Below are positions 47,140-60,562 of a DNA stretch of 64,000 nucleotides, piece by piece. The translations under genes were made by a program, and so were the position numbers. The notes under the pieces are model-generated. The model worked only from the letters and a program-made list of their open reading frames with translations, had not been told where the DNA came from and ran no database searches. Each line of letters begins with the position of its first letter. The first letter of the stretch is position 1. The stretch is from Eledone cirrhosa (taxonomy: Eukaryota): contig OZ024748.1 of NCBI GenBank assembly GCA_964016885.1, positions 48,546,001 through 48,610,000 on the forward strand, in the 5' to 3' direction.

Positions 47140-47613
47140 GAGAGAGAGACACACACACTAACACATACGTACACATACGCACAGATATATAAATCATAAA
47201 TATCAGTTGTAATCTTTTCTTCCTTTGTTACCAATGTGTTCCATCTGATGTACTATGACTTTAGCTAGATCTCATTGTCCATTGATTGTTTGACATTCTA
47301 TTAGGTAGGTAATATGTGGGTTTTAGGTTGGGGGGTGGGTGGATAGGGAGGGAGGGAGGGAGGTTTATGGGTGGATCTGGTAGGTAGGTGGATGGGTGTG
47401 TAGGTGAGAGGATGGGTAAGTCCTTCCATGTTTCCTTTATAACACAAAGCAAGCTGTCCTTACCTTATCACCTTCTCCTTCTCCCCTCACACCATACCTA
47501 GCTTCTATCCCCCCACCTTGGGGCTCTTTGTCCAATGTTGATATTTTTTAACACTTTGTCTTTCATTTTGAATCTATTGCATGTTCTAGTTATTTCTTAG
47601 ATATCAATTTAAC

Positions 47614-47847
<234 letters not shown>

Positions 47848-47920
47848 GTAGACATAGATACATACATCAGTAGGCCTGTTTTTATTGTTTCAAAATGCTA
47901 TTAAAAATGTCTGATCCAAT

Positions 47921-48147
47921 CCCTTCATTACCATATTTCTCATGAAACACACAGACCGTGTATTTCTCTTGAAATACAGTCGGTGTATTTCAATTAATTT
48001 TGAAAATAATCAAGAATTTGGAGAGATTCTGTAAAACACCAATTTTCATTTTTTTAAAAAGTTTTAAAATTTATATTTTCAAATGAGCAGGTTTGTATCA
48101 TAAATCCAGAGTGGTTTCAGGCAGGTTAATATAAAAAATCTCTTTAA
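47921..48147. mobile_element. Degenerate MITE related to 56625-57021, opposite orientation
   Basis: CCCTTCATTACCATATTTCT start and TTTTGAAAATAATCAAGAATTTG are reverse complements of 56945-57021 motifs. Confidence 0.6.
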
Positions 48148-48177
48148 GTTCCAGCGCTTAGGAGTTTATGTTATCGT

Positions 48178-48420
48178 CATATCATTGTTTAACATCTATC
48201 TTCCATGCTAGCATGGGTTGGACGGGTTTGTCCCATTTAGAGGCAAGTTGGGTTGGGTGACCATGTCTTGCTCATATAGGACTGTTTCTGGATGGTTTTC
48301 TACAGCTGGATGCCCTTCCTATCGCCAACTACATTTACAGTGTGTGCTGGGTGCTTTTTGTTGTGTCTCCTACACAACCACTTTACAGAGTGGGCTGGAT
48401 GTTTTGTGGTACCAACATAA
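48178..48420 (-). mobile_element. RTE 3'-UTR copy
   Basis: TTCCATGCTAGCATGGGTTGGACGG...CAGCTGGATGCCCTTCCTA. Confidence 0.8.
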
Positions 48421-48433
48421 TATATATATAATA

Positions 48434-48612
48434 ATTGTTTCTACTTTTGGCACAAGGCCAGCAATTACCCAGTACATTACTGGTACTTTATTTTATCGAC
48501 CCCGTAAGGAAAAGTTAACCTCGGCGGGATTTGAACTCAGACCGTAAAGGGACGTAACTATGCTGGAAAGCATGGTGTCCGACCCTCTACCGATACTGCC
48601 AATTCACCGCCC
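48434..48612 (-). mobile_element. Full-length SINE family A copy
   Basis: Reverse complement closely matches 59824-60009; flanked by (TA)nAT. Confidence 0.9.
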
Positions 48613-48689
48613 TATATATATATATAATATTATATATATATAATAATGATGATGATATATATATATATATTTGTGTGTATATGCACATA

Positions 48690-49062
48690 ACATCATCATC
48701 TCCACCGTTTTATGTCTATTTTTCCATGCTAGCATGGGTTAGACGAATTGACTTGTGGGCAATGCTAGGTCAGGTGACCATGTCTTGCTCATACAGAACT
48801 GATTCTGGCTTGGTTTCTACAGCTGGATGTCCTTCCTAACGCCAACCTCATTTACAGTGAGTACTGGGTGCCTTTTGTCGTGACGCCTACACGACCACTT
48901 TACAGTGTGGGCTGGGGGCTTCAGTGGATGCATTTACTTCAGCCTGTCCTCATAGGGGTGTATGTGAGGGTGGGTGGGGCATACTGTATATATGATTCAG
49001 CTTGTGCCCTTGGGAAGTCGGGTCTTGTATTACTGCATATCGCCAGAGATCTCAGTCTTGAT
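48690..49062 (-). mobile_element. 5'-truncated RTE LINE end
   Basis: Homologous to 42443-42812, including the ORF2 end (RDLWRYAVIQDPTSQG on the minus strand). Confidence 0.82.
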
Positions 49063-49304
49063 GACATATATATATATATTTGCTAAAAGTCAATAAGGTA
49101 AAATAACACAGGAAAACAGTAGAATAGAATGATATTAGTTTAACACTTTATGTAGTAGGAAAAGTGTTTTATTGTTTCAGATGTTGGTCCTTTATCGGAA
49201 GATAGAATGAGAGAGAAGAAATAGAAAGTTAGAAAAGGAAGAATCAGACGGAAAGCTGATGTGTACCAATTCTCTATCTTATATATATATATATATATAT
49301 ATAA

Positions 49305-49349
49305 GCTCCGATGATTCCAGACAATTATCTGGAAGAAACAATCGTCAGC
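49305..49349 (+). ncRNA. Hammerhead motif with one core substitution (family H4)
   Basis: GCT-CCGATGA-TTCCAGA-CAATTA-TCTGGAA-GAAA-CAATCG-TC-AGC; 7-bp stem II, GUC triplet, U4>C change. Confidence 0.62.
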
Positions 49350-49385
49350 AATTAAATGTATTAAGCAAAAATTTGATTGTTTCAT

Positions 49386-49445
<60 letters not shown>

Positions 49446-49781
49446 CACACACACACACACACATTATTTTACATCTACCTTTTCATATATATATTTACAT
49501 ACACATTTGTGTAACCCATGGAAAATGGATGTCAAAATATATTCGGTGATGATGATATATTTTCAATGTTTCGTTTGACTAGCCTGTTTTATTCAATAAG
49601 CTAAAGAGTTCACAACAACAAGGATAAAGATAAAGATATTTATTTGCTTTGGTGCAAGGAAAAGAAATATTTAATATGTTAGGGTAAAACCTTCTCTCTC
49701 CACCACACAATAACATAAGCCATTGGGCTGTTGTTTGTTTGGTCATTTTTTGTTTTTTTTTATTGACTCTTGCTGACATGA

Positions 49782-50550
49782 ACACATCACCACCACCAAC
49801 ACTACCACCACCAGTACTACCACCACCAGCACTACCACCACCACCAGCACTACCACCAGCACTACCACCACCAACACTACCACCACCAACACTACCACCA
49901 CCAACACTCCCACCACCAACACTACCACCACCAGCACTACCACCACCAGCACTCCCACCACCAGCACTCCCACCACCAGCACTACCACCACCAGCACTCC
50001 CACCAACAACACTACCACCACCAACACTACCACCACCAACGCTACCACTACCAGCACTCCCACCACCAGCACTGCCACCACCAGCACTCCCACCACCAAC
50101 ACTGCCACCACCAACACTACCACCACCAACACTACCACTACCAGCACTAACACTGCCACCAACAACACTACCACCACCAACGCTACCACCACCAGCACTA
50201 CCACCACCAACGCTACCACCACCAGCACTACCACTACCACCCCTAACACTACCACCACCACCCCTAACACTACCACCAACACTACCAATACTACCACCAA
50301 CACACCACCAACACTACCACCACCACCACCACCACCACCAACACCTTCACAACCATTACCAACAACACCAACACTAGTATTATCATCACCCCCACCATCA
50401 CTACTACACCACCACAATTACTATCATCACCTCCAACACTACCACCTTCATCACTATCACCACTAACACCCAATACCCCCACTGCCACCATCATAGACAC
50501 TATCATCACTATCCACCCATCCCTACCACCACCACCACCACCCCCACCCC
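49782..50550. repeat. 15-bp minisatellite CCACCACCA(A/G)CACT(A/C) and CAC-rich tail
   Basis: Regular 15-bp period from 49790 to 50240. Confidence 0.93.
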
Positions 50551-51146
50551 AGGTCTACTCCCTTTCACATTCTAGTGATTATATTCAATTATTCTATATC
50601 TAAATGTCCAAATTCCCCCCTGCCCTACTCCCCTTCCCCACCCCTCCACTACTCCACTACGTTCTCTATCATATATATATATATATATTGATATATATAT
50701 ATATATATATATTGATATATATATATACATACACATATATATATTGATATATATATATTGATTTGATTGAAAGAAATAGTACTGGTCTTTTACAACTGAC
50801 TAGTTATCTCTGTGTAAAGTTGTTTTTGCTATATTCGTGTCACTGCTAATATTAATCTCATTCCATGCCAGGCTCTGCTGCTGTTGTGTTTAATAGCTGA
50901 CAGAATGCCAAACATATTAAATTTACAGAAATGATGAAAAATCTATCTTCTCCTTTAAACAGAATTCCTAACTGTTTGCAAATATTTAAATATTAGGAAA
51001 TCTTTTTCAGCAAGTTTTAAACTGGGTATTATTATTATTATTATTTACTCCCCCCTCTCCGTTTTGTTGCTTACTTCAGCTTCATTTAACCCCTGCTGAC
51101 AATCTTAGAAGATTTCATCATTCAGCTGTTATTGTATAACTAAATA

Positions 51147-51180
<34 letters not shown>

Positions 51181-51182
<2 letters not shown>

Positions 51183-51655
51183 CATCATCATCATTGCTTA
51201 ATGTCCAGTTTCCATGCTAGCATGGGTTACACGAGTTGTCTCATTAGAGGCAAGTTGGGTCAGGTGACTGTGTCTTGCTCAGTCAGAACTGTTTCTGACT
51301 AGGTTTCTATGGCTGGATGCCCTTCCTAATGCCAACCACATTTACAGTGTGTATTAGGTGTTTTTTGTTGTGACACCCATATGACCACTTTACAGTATGG
51401 GCTGGATGCTTATTTGTTGTGATACTAACATAACTTTAGAGGTAAAGGTGGTGTGGACAGAAGTGGGTGGGTGGGGGTGTATGAAAGGGGGGGTATAGTA
51501 GTTAAAAGGTGCCTCCTCGATGTATGTTTGTGTCCGTGCACACGGGAAGGCATATCTCTTGTGTTACTGCATAACGCCAAAGATCTCGATCCTGTGTTTT
51601 TGTCTTTGAGAGGTTCAATTATGCAAGGTCAGCTTTTATCATCTCGTCCCAGGTC
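51181..51655 (-). mobile_element. 5'-truncated RTE LINE end
   Basis: Same tail and UTR as 41000-41380; minus-strand ORF end ...DRDLWRYAVTQE. Confidence 0.82.
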
Positions 51656-51673
51656 TTTATATATATATATTAT

Positions 51674-52637
51674 TATCATCATCATCACCGTTTTACGTCT
51701 GTTCTTCCACGCTAGCATGGATTAGATGGGTTGTCCTGTTGTGGGCAGTGTCCAGTTGGCTGACCTTGCCTTGCTCATACGGCAACTGATTCTGGCTTGA
51801 TTTCTACAGCTGGATGCCCTTCCTAACACCAACCTCATTTACATTGAGAGCTGGGTGCTTTTTTGCCATGGCACCTCCATGACCACTTTGCAGTGGAATG
51901 ATAGGGACCCCAGTCCTATCATCTCATTTCTACAGCTGAGTAAACTGGAGCAATGTGAAATAAAGTGTCTTGCTCAAGGAAACAACACATCACCTGGTCT
52001 GAGAATTGAACTCACAACCTTTTGATTGTAAGCCCAATGGAAAGCTCTTTATTTTGGTAAGTTTTATAAGCCATATTTGTATGTCTTTGAGACAGCCAGT
52101 ATGAATGCATTTGAATGAGCTTGCAGACAGCATAACTATAGTCTGACCACAGCTGTGAGCAGGTGTGCAGGCATGTCCGGTAATTGAGACGTTAACCGGT
52201 AATTGAGATCCTAAAAATGGAAAAACCTACAGTCAACTGGGTCAAAGACACTTTGAGCACAGCCAGTTAGAATCTTATCTTTCCTTCACCGATACAATGT
52301 ATTTCATGTCTGAAATTATTGACTCAACCGTAACGAGTTAACACTGTGTAGATCTATTTTATTCCCTATTGTATAAATGTTACGAATAAAAAAAAGAAAA
52401 GAAAAAACAGAAGCGGGTAGCACACACATCTAGGACCACATACAACACATAATCAGATAATACACACATCTTTGGAATATTGTTAATCAATTTTTTAGTA
52501 ATCTACTGATATAAAAATCAGTAGTATATTGAAAAATGGAAAAATAGGGGGGGGGGGCGTTTCGTGATTTCGAGGGACAAAAGGGGGCGTTTGGCCTAAA
52601 TGGGTTGAGAACCTGTGATCTAAGCCATGCGCCTTCA
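51674..52637 (-). mobile_element. SINE family B (long tail) interrupted at 52040-52617
   Basis: 51674-52039 matches 23105-23518; the remaining head CTAAGCCATGCGCCTTCA resumes at about 52620 and is locally duplicated. Confidence 0.85.
52040..52617. mobile_element. Probable hAT fragment with only one terminus
   Basis: Ends GGGGGCG...AAATGGGTTGAGAACCTGTG, resembling the hAT TIR GGTTGAGAACCACTG; no matching left TIR seen. Confidence 0.5.
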
Positions 52638-53042
52638 TCTAAGTCATGCGCCTTCATATATGTATATATTGGTTTATGAAGCTAGCCAAAGAGAATCTGT
52701 GCAGCCCCAGCCGTTCCTTACTCACTCAATAAATAAGATTTATATGTAACAAAATACAGACTTATAACTCCAGGTGTACGTTATTAGTCAAGAATCAGCA
52801 ACGCATGAGTAATGAGAGTTGTATATCATATAAACCCAAACTATTGATAGTTTCTGTTCTACTGTCTGATCATAAGTTACAACTGCAACTGTTATTCACA
52901 GTAGATATGTAATATCTGTAGACATTACGGGACGTTGTAATACACCTCCAGTAGGTGATTATCCACCTCAAACAGAAAGGTTTGTCTATAACAACACATC
53001 CAAGTCCACACCCTGCCACCATGAAATGTAGCAGTTTTCGTC

Positions 53043-54535
53043 TTGTAGTAACACATGATCTCCCATAGAAGTGATTGGTCAAAACATGCTTGTAGTGATG
53101 TGATCTCCCATAGAGGTGATCAGTCAAAACATCTGTTTGTAGTGATGTGATCTCCCATAGAGGTGATCAGTCAAAACATCTGTTTGTAGTGTTGTGATCT
53201 CCCATAGAGGTGATCAGTCAAAACATGTTTGTAGTGATATGATCTTCCATAGAGGTGATCAGTCAAAACATCTGGTTGTAGTGATGTGATCTCCCATAGA
53301 GGTGATTGGTCAAAACATCTGTTTGTAGTGATATGATCTCCCATAGAGGGGATCGGTCAAAACATCTGTTTGTAGTGATGTGATCTCCCATAGAGGTGAT
53401 CAGTCAAAACATCTGGTTGTAGTGATGTCATCTCCCATAGAGGTGATCAGTCAAAACATCTGGTTGTAGTGATGTGATCTCCCATAGAGGTGATCAGTCA
53501 AAACATCTGTTTGTAGTGATGTGATCTCCCATAGAGGTGATTGGTCAAAACATCTGGTTGTAGTGATGTGATCTCCCATAGAAGTGATCAGTCAAAACGT
53601 CTGTTTGTAGTGATATGATCTTCCATAGAGGTGATTGGTCAAAACATGTTTGTAGTGATGTGATCTCCCATAGAGGTGATAAGTCAAAACATGTTTGTAG
53701 TGATATGATCTTCCATAGAGGTGATCAGTCAAAACATCTGGTTGTAGTGATGTGGTCTCCCATAGAGGTGATTGGTCAAAACATCTGTTTGTAGTGATGT
53801 GATCTCCCATAGAGGTGATTGGTCAAAACATGTTTGTAGTGATGTGATCTCCCATAGAGGTGATCAGTCAAAACATCTGTTTGTAGTGATGTGATCTCCC
53901 ATAGAGGTGATCAGTCAAAACATCTGTTTGTAGTGATGTAATCTCCCATAGAGGTGATCAGTCAAAACATCTGTTTGTAGTGATGTGATCTCCCATAGAG
54001 GTGATTGGTCAAAACATCTGTTTGTAGTGATGTGATCTCCCATAGAGGTGATCAGTCAAAACATCTGGTTGTAGTGATGTCATCTCCCATAGAGGTGATC
54101 AGTCAAAACATCTGGTTGTAGTGATGTCATCTCCCATAGAGGTGATTGGTCAAAACATCTGGTTGTAGTGATGTCATCTCCCATAGAGGTGATCAATCAA
54201 AACATCTGGTTGTAGTGATGTGATCTCCCATAGAGGTGATCAGTCAAAACATCTGTTTGTAGTGATGTGATCTCCCATAGAGGTGATCAGTCAAAACATC
54301 TGTTTGTAGTGATGTAATCTCCCATAGAGGTGATCAGTCAAAACATCTGTTTGTAGTGATGTAATCTCCCATAGAGGTGATTCGTCAAAACATGATTGTA
54401 GTGGCACATGATCTCCCATAGAGGTGATTCGTCAAAACATGATTGTAGTGGCACATGATCTCCCATAGAGGTGATAAGTCAAAACATGTTTGTAGTGACA
54501 TATGATCTCCCATAGAGATGATCGATCAAAATATC
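53043..54535. repeat. 45/47-bp satellite, about 32 units
   Basis: Unit GTAGTGATGTGATCTCCCATAGAGGTGATCAGTCAAAACATCTGTTT; period 47 at 53092/53139. Confidence 0.98.
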
Positions 54536-54928
54536 TGTCTTCCATGCTATCAAGAATTGGGTGGGTTTTGACAATCAGAGAGATCAATACTCCAGCAGAG
54601 CTACTAACCTCTCTCATGGCGGCCAGCATCTTGCAGTGTATTTTATCACAAGGGAGATTGTTATGTATTTGATACAGCTGCAAGATCCTACTGAACCTTT
54701 GTTTGGCACGTTTTCTATGGCTGAATACCCTTCCTATCACCAACGCCTTTACAAAGTGTATTGTGTGCATTTATTATGTAGATCTCCAACACTAGAGAGG
54801 TTGTCATATATATACACGCACACACACACACAACAAATAAACCTGGTATAGCCTCTCTCTCTCTCTTTTTCTCTCTCTCTTTTTCTCTCTCTCTTTTTCT
54901 CTCTCTCCACACACACACACTAGTTTAT

Positions 54929-55260
54929 AGGCAGTGATTTGGCAGAGTCATTAGAACTTTGGATTGAGTGCTTTGCACCATTCAATTTGGCTCTCTTCTC
55001 TCTGTCCAAATCTCGCCAAGGTCAACTTTGCCTTTCATCCTTTCAAGGTCAACAACAAGTACCAGTCAAGTACTGGGGTCGATTCTTTCTCTATATCTCT
55101 TTCTCACTTCCTTTGTCTCGCTCTCTATCCTTCTCTGGAAGAAATCCGTTGTATTCAGACCTGGAGAGGAGATGGGCTCTACCAGGCTTAGAAAATGCTC
55201 TAGAAACGTATGTGGTGATGATGTCTCTGTGACTCCCTCGGGGGTTACGGGTCCATACCA
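54929..55260 (+). mobile_element. Older SINE (family A head/centre with a longer tail)
   Basis: GGCAGTGATTTGGCAGAGTC...GGTCAACTTTGCCTTTCATCCTTTCAAGG...CTGGAAGAAATCC..AGACCTGGAGA; homologous to 14948-15430. Confidence 0.75.
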
Positions 55261-55679
55261 TTCTAGTTTATATCATGTTGTATACATTTTATTAGTCCTT
55301 AACCTTTGTCTCACTCTTTTAGTTTAAACACATTCAACTCTGTATTTATGGTGTGTTCTTTTTTTTGTTTTTCTTGAGCCAAAATGGGACACTACTGTAT
55401 GATCTTTTGGTCTGCTAGAAACATTGGCTCAATCTCTATGACAACATTCCATATTGTCTTAAATAGTGGGCCATGGATGAAGCAGTACTACCTGGACATA
55501 AACTGGAGCTTGATCAGCTTTCAGCTGGGTTACCTGGATTAAGATGCCTGATGTTGAAAGACCCAAAATATTTATTGCCCCCAGGAACATCACTCATGAT
55601 ATGCCCAGCTGCCTCACAAAATGATGTTTGAATTTAAAAAAAAAATATATAGATCATGTTTGGAAAAAAAGAAAAGGGA

Positions 55680-56085
55680 GGTTGGTCATAAATATGACAC
55701 CTTTGAGCTTAGGTTATTTGGTCATAAACGGAACATTTTTGATCTTAGGTTTGTTCCTACGGCTCGGTCATAAACAGAACACTTTTGAGCTCAGGTAAGC
55801 TGGTCATAAATAAGACGCTTTTGAGCTTAGTTTAGCTGGTCTTAATTAGGGTATCTTTGATTGGAGGTTTGTTGGTGAAACCTAGCTGGTCATAAATAGA
55901 ACTCATTTGATCAGAGGTTTGTTTGTGTCCTAGTTGGACATAAATAAGACACCTTTGATCAAAGGTTTGTTCCTGAAACCTAGCTGGCCATAAATAGGAC
56001 ATTTTTAATCTTAGGTTTGTTTGTGATACCTTACTAACCATAAATAAGATACCTTTGATCATAGGTTTGCTCCTAAGCCTAAATA
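55680..56085. repeat. Degenerate minisatellite (units of about 33-54 bp)
   Basis: Recurrent GGTCATAAA...ACACCTTTGATC..AGGTTTGTT. Confidence 0.85.
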
Positions 56086-56417
56086 AACATCAACAACTAA
56101 GTTTTTCCTTGTTCAGTGGAGGGAACATAAGTCAAATCACTCTAAGTTTAGAAGAAGCTATGAAAATGTGGTTGTTATACAATGACTGTTTGCCTCACCA
56201 ATACTAATTAGGTTTCCTAAACAACAACAACTTATCTACTTAGTCAATGAACAATTGTCTTAGGCTTAGAATTACGTGCTTTGTCTTTTATAAAACTATT
56301 TAATGCTCTGTAACTGATGGGTCACTGTCAAAGTACCTGAAATACTATTATGTCTTTTGCCATTTCGTAGGCTTTTTAAGTACATTACCTACATACACCA
56401 GTGTTTATAAGTCTTTA

Positions 56418-56460
<43 letters not shown>

Positions 56461-56624
56461 CCTTTTTCTGTTTCCTAACACACACTAAAGACACTTTCTG
56501 TCTATTTTGATTCATTTTACTTTTTAACCTATTATTCCAACTTACACTTGATTTATTTTTATTTGATTTTGCAGTAAAGACTCGCTATTCTGCCAGCAGA
56601 TCTACAAAAGTGTACAATATTTAA

Positions 56625-57021
56625 CCCTTTTCATACTAAACTGGTGCATGAAATCACCTCTGGTTGTACAATATAAAACTGAATAGAAAAAGATGTGCTG
56701 ATACTCACCTTTTTCCATTCCGTGGGTTTATTAGACTATATTATTTAGTGAAAATGCTATGGCAAAGCTTCTATTTCTTTTTAAATTCCAAACTTTGTAC
56801 ACTGCATTCCAAACATAAAACTGTTTATTCTAAAGTGTTTACTGAAAGCTTTGTCATAATTTTATGTAAGATCCTTTGTTATGTTTTGTTCCAAACACTA
56901 AATTAATAGCGAGAGAGTTAGTTATGTTGTGTTACTAAACCCCTTCAAATTCTTGATTATTTTCAAAATGATTAGAAAATTAAAGGCTGTGTCTTTTATT
57001 AGAAATATGGTAATGAAAGGG
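56625..57021. mobile_element. TTAA-flanked MITE
   Basis: TTAA|CCCTTTTCATAC ... GGTAATGAAAGGG|CTAA; relatives at 30233 and 47921. Confidence 0.72.
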
Positions 57022-57111
57022 CTAAATCTGAAGTATTGTATATACTACTATGTTTTTAACAGCTAAAATATAGCATTCCCAGTATGTAGCAGGTATATAT
57101 ATTTGCTGTTA

Positions 57112-57252
57112 TGGCAGCAGATTGGCAGTCATTGAATTCAGGATAAAATTTCTTGCAGTATTTGTTTCAGCTCTCTGCATCCCGAGTTCAAATCTTGTTG
57201 AGGTCAACTTTGCCTTTCTTCCTATTGGTGTCAAGAAGATAAAGTACTAGTC
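57112..57252 (+). mobile_element. Degenerate SINE family A copy
   Basis: GGCAGCAGATTGGCAG...GAGTTCAAATCTTGTTGAGGTCAACTTTGCCTTTC. Confidence 0.75.
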
Positions 57253-57475
57253 TATGGTAATACATTAGTGGCACCCTAACAATTGGCTACACTAGTTGCA
57301 GGGAGATGGGAACTGCCAGGCTTACTGAAGTTTTATGATGGATAAGCAGTCAAACATCTAGAGTGACACCCCAATGACTGGTTGTACCAATTACAGGGAA
57401 ATGGCAGTGCAAAGCATTTCTAAGACCCATATAAGAACCTTTTTATTACGTTATCTTAAAAATTCAATCTTAATC

Positions 57476-57655
57476 AGAGGTAGACTCCGAGCAAGATGGT
57501 TGGATAACATCCATGAGCTTCGTTGATCTCACTTGCTGATCCAACCAGATCAGTTGGAGACAGTTGCTTCTGTCAGGACCTACTGGAAGGCATGTTTGGG
57601 GACTCTGCCCCTTTGGCCTTTTCAGGAATAAGTGAGCAAAGAAGAGGAAAAGAAG
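57476..57655 (+). mobile_element. RTE-clade (Expander/Rex3-like) ORF2 3' end
   Basis: RGRLRARWLDNIHELR*SHLLIQPDQLETVASVRTYWKACLGTLPLWP, followed by a GAA-rich tail. Confidence 0.7.
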
Positions 57656-59104
57656 TGTATTTCATTAAAAATATGCTCATGAAAGGGTTTAAAATCCTTT
57701 GAAACATCCATAAAATCACTGCATTCAATGTTTTCTCTGTGATTTTCACATTTCTTGGTAGTAGTGTTAATAAAGAGGAAATTAGAAGGAAAAGTGGAAA
57801 TGTTATGTGCTCTTTGGACCCTTCATCTAAATTATCTAACTATAAAGAGAATTTCTGATTAAGATATCTGTCATTTTTGACAACACACACTAATTAGGAT
57901 ATAATACTATAGTGGATCTTCATTGGTTTATCTGCGTGTGTAAATATATATATGTATGTAAATATGTGTATGTATATTTATGTATGTAAATATGCATGTA
58001 TATATGTGTGGATATCTATGTATGTATGCATGTATATATATATATGTCCCTCTCTTTACACACTCACACACATATAAAATCAAAATGTATGATGACAACA
58101 TCAATCTTTGTTTCCTTGTGAATATTTTTGCTGTTCTCATTAACTGTTCCTATTAGCTGTATTCCCCACTCCTCCCACCCCCACTTCTATTGTTTCACTA
58201 CCTCATTTACCCTATACACCTCTCTTTCTCTCTCTCCTGCCCCCCCCCCCCCCTCTCTAACCACTGTGTGTGTGTCTCTTATTATTCCAATTGATTGTAG
58301 AAAATATACATAATAAATAGATTAAAATAGTCTGCCTTACATCTGTTCCTCTGATTTATTTATAAACCTTTTACAGTTGCAGAGCTCCGAAATCTATAAA
58401 ACCTTTTCTCCTTACTCCATTATCTATTAGCAATTGACTTGAATAATTTTAACAAATGTGTTATCTCGTTTTATAGATTTCATCAAATCACTGAGTTTGT
58501 TTGTGTGTCAGCTTCATCTCAGCCCAATGGCATTATAGTAATGTTTCTAAATATATTTTACTTGCTATTCAACTAGAATCATTATCATCATGATCATAAT
58601 AGCATGATAGCATGAAAATTGTCAATTTCTGCTACAGCAGCTTCTAATACTATATATATATATATATATGTGTATATATATATGTGAGTGAATGAGTGTG
58701 TGTATTTGTGTGTATATATATATGTGAGTGAATGAGTGTGTGTATTTGTGTGTATATATATATATATGCCTGCGTGTGTATACACACACATGTGTGTGCT
58801 TGTGTGTGTGTATGTATAGCCTGAAGCAAGTCACCTTCTGACCTTAATTAATGTAGAATATTTTCTAATTGTTGCAATGTAATGTCTATATATAATGTCT
58901 GCTCTATTATCTACCAAAACACAATCTTTACTTTCTATCAAATATTTTTTTCATTAAGCTTTAATATCTTTCTTGATAATATATATACACACACACACAC
59001 ACACATATACGCATACACACACACACACACACACATTTATATACGCATACATACACATAACACTAGATAAGAATGAATGTTATTAATGTTTTTTTTTAAT
59101 CAAT

Positions 59105-59355
59105 TATTAGTCTTTTACTGGCTTCAGTTATTAGACTGAGGCCATGCTGAGGCACTGTCTTGAAGTAAATTTAGTTGATCATGTCAACCCAAGTACATAA
59201 TCATACAAGTTGGTACCTGGTACTTATTTTATTGATTTTTTAATCACTAGGTTATGGGAGATGAACACACACACACATATACACACAAACTAGGGTGACT
59301 ATAGGAGCTGACACTGACTCAGTGCCATGCAGTGGTACTGAACCCAAAACCACAT
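59105..59355 (-). mobile_element. Degenerate SINE of a further family
   Basis: TCTTTTACTGGCTTCAGTTATTAGACTGAGGCCATGCTG...GGTACTTATTTTATTGA...ACTGAACCC; shares the minus-strand ATAAAATAAGTACCAG core. Confidence 0.55.
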
Positions 59356-59823
59356 TGTAGCATACCATAGTCAAGTAGTTGGGGGTTGATTTAATCAACT
59401 GCGCCATTTATGGTCTGGCTCTCTACAGTTTCAGTTCAAATCCTGAGGTCAGATCTACCTTTCATTCTTCCAGGCTCGATAAAATAAAGCGATTACCAGT
59501 CAAGTACTGGGGGTTGATTTCATGAAACTTACCCCCACTATAACAAAAAAGAAAAGAAAATTTGGTGGTATTGTGATAAAATTTGAAATCAATTTCAAGG
59601 AGGAGCTCAATGAGGAATAGACTGTTATTGGAAGAAGATTTGTCAGAACCGAGACAGGTTCAATAGAAACAACTCCATTCAATACAATATTATTGCACCA
59701 TTTACTACTACCATTACCAACTTTCAATGACACAGCATATATATATATATACACACACACACATGTAAACACACACACACAAACATATATATACATACAC
59801 ACACACATTATATATATATAAAA

Positions 59824-60009
59824 GGGCGGTGGATTGGCAGTATCGGTAGAGGGTCGGAGGCCATGCTTTCCAGCATAGTTACGTCCCTTTACGATCTGAA
59901 TTCAAATCCCGCCGAGGTTGACTTTGCCTTTCATCCTTACGGGGTCGATAAAATAAAGTACCAGTCATACACTGGGTAATTGCTGGCCTTGTGCCTAAAG
60001 TAGAAACAG
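59824..60009 (+). mobile_element. Full-length young SINE family A copy
   Basis: GGGCGGTGGATTGGCAGTATCGGTAGAG...GGTTGACTTTGCCTTTCATCCTTACGGGGTCGATAAAATAAAGTACCAG...GTAGAAACA; flanked by a ~130-bp direct repeat. Confidence 0.93.
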
Positions 60010-60157
60010 TTATTGCACCATTTACTACTACCATTACCAACTTTCAATGACACAGCATATATATATATACACACACACACATGTAAACACACACACACAA
60101 ACATATATATACATACACACACACACATATATATATATATATGTGCGTGTGTATGTA

Positions 60158-60206
<49 letters not shown>

Positions 60207-60276
60207 ATATGTATGTATGTGTGTATATATATGTATATATATATATATATATGTGCATATATATAAATTTATATGC

Positions 60277-60317
<41 letters not shown>

Positions 60318-60494
60318 AAAATTAGAATTTTATTTCTCGCCCGAGCACAGCTGATATACAAATGTAAGTATGCACATGTACATATACAAACACATACACA
60401 CATACGCACGCACACACACACACACACACATACATATATACATACATATACACCCCCCACACACACACATATATACACACATATATATATATAC

Positions 60495-60538
<44 letters not shown>

Positions 60539-60562
60539 GTGGCACATATATATATATATATG

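Noticed and set aside
47318-47420. G-rich tract able to form a G-quadruplex
   Set aside because: Ordinary (GGGA)/(GGGT) low-complexity sequence with no functional context.
49739-50417. (LPPPA/T)n formin- or extensin-like ORF
   Set aside because: 15-bp minisatellite, open on both strands, with no adjacent domain sequence.
53043-54535. CRISPR-like array with a palindromic unit
   Set aside because: No variable spacers; it is a tandem satellite.
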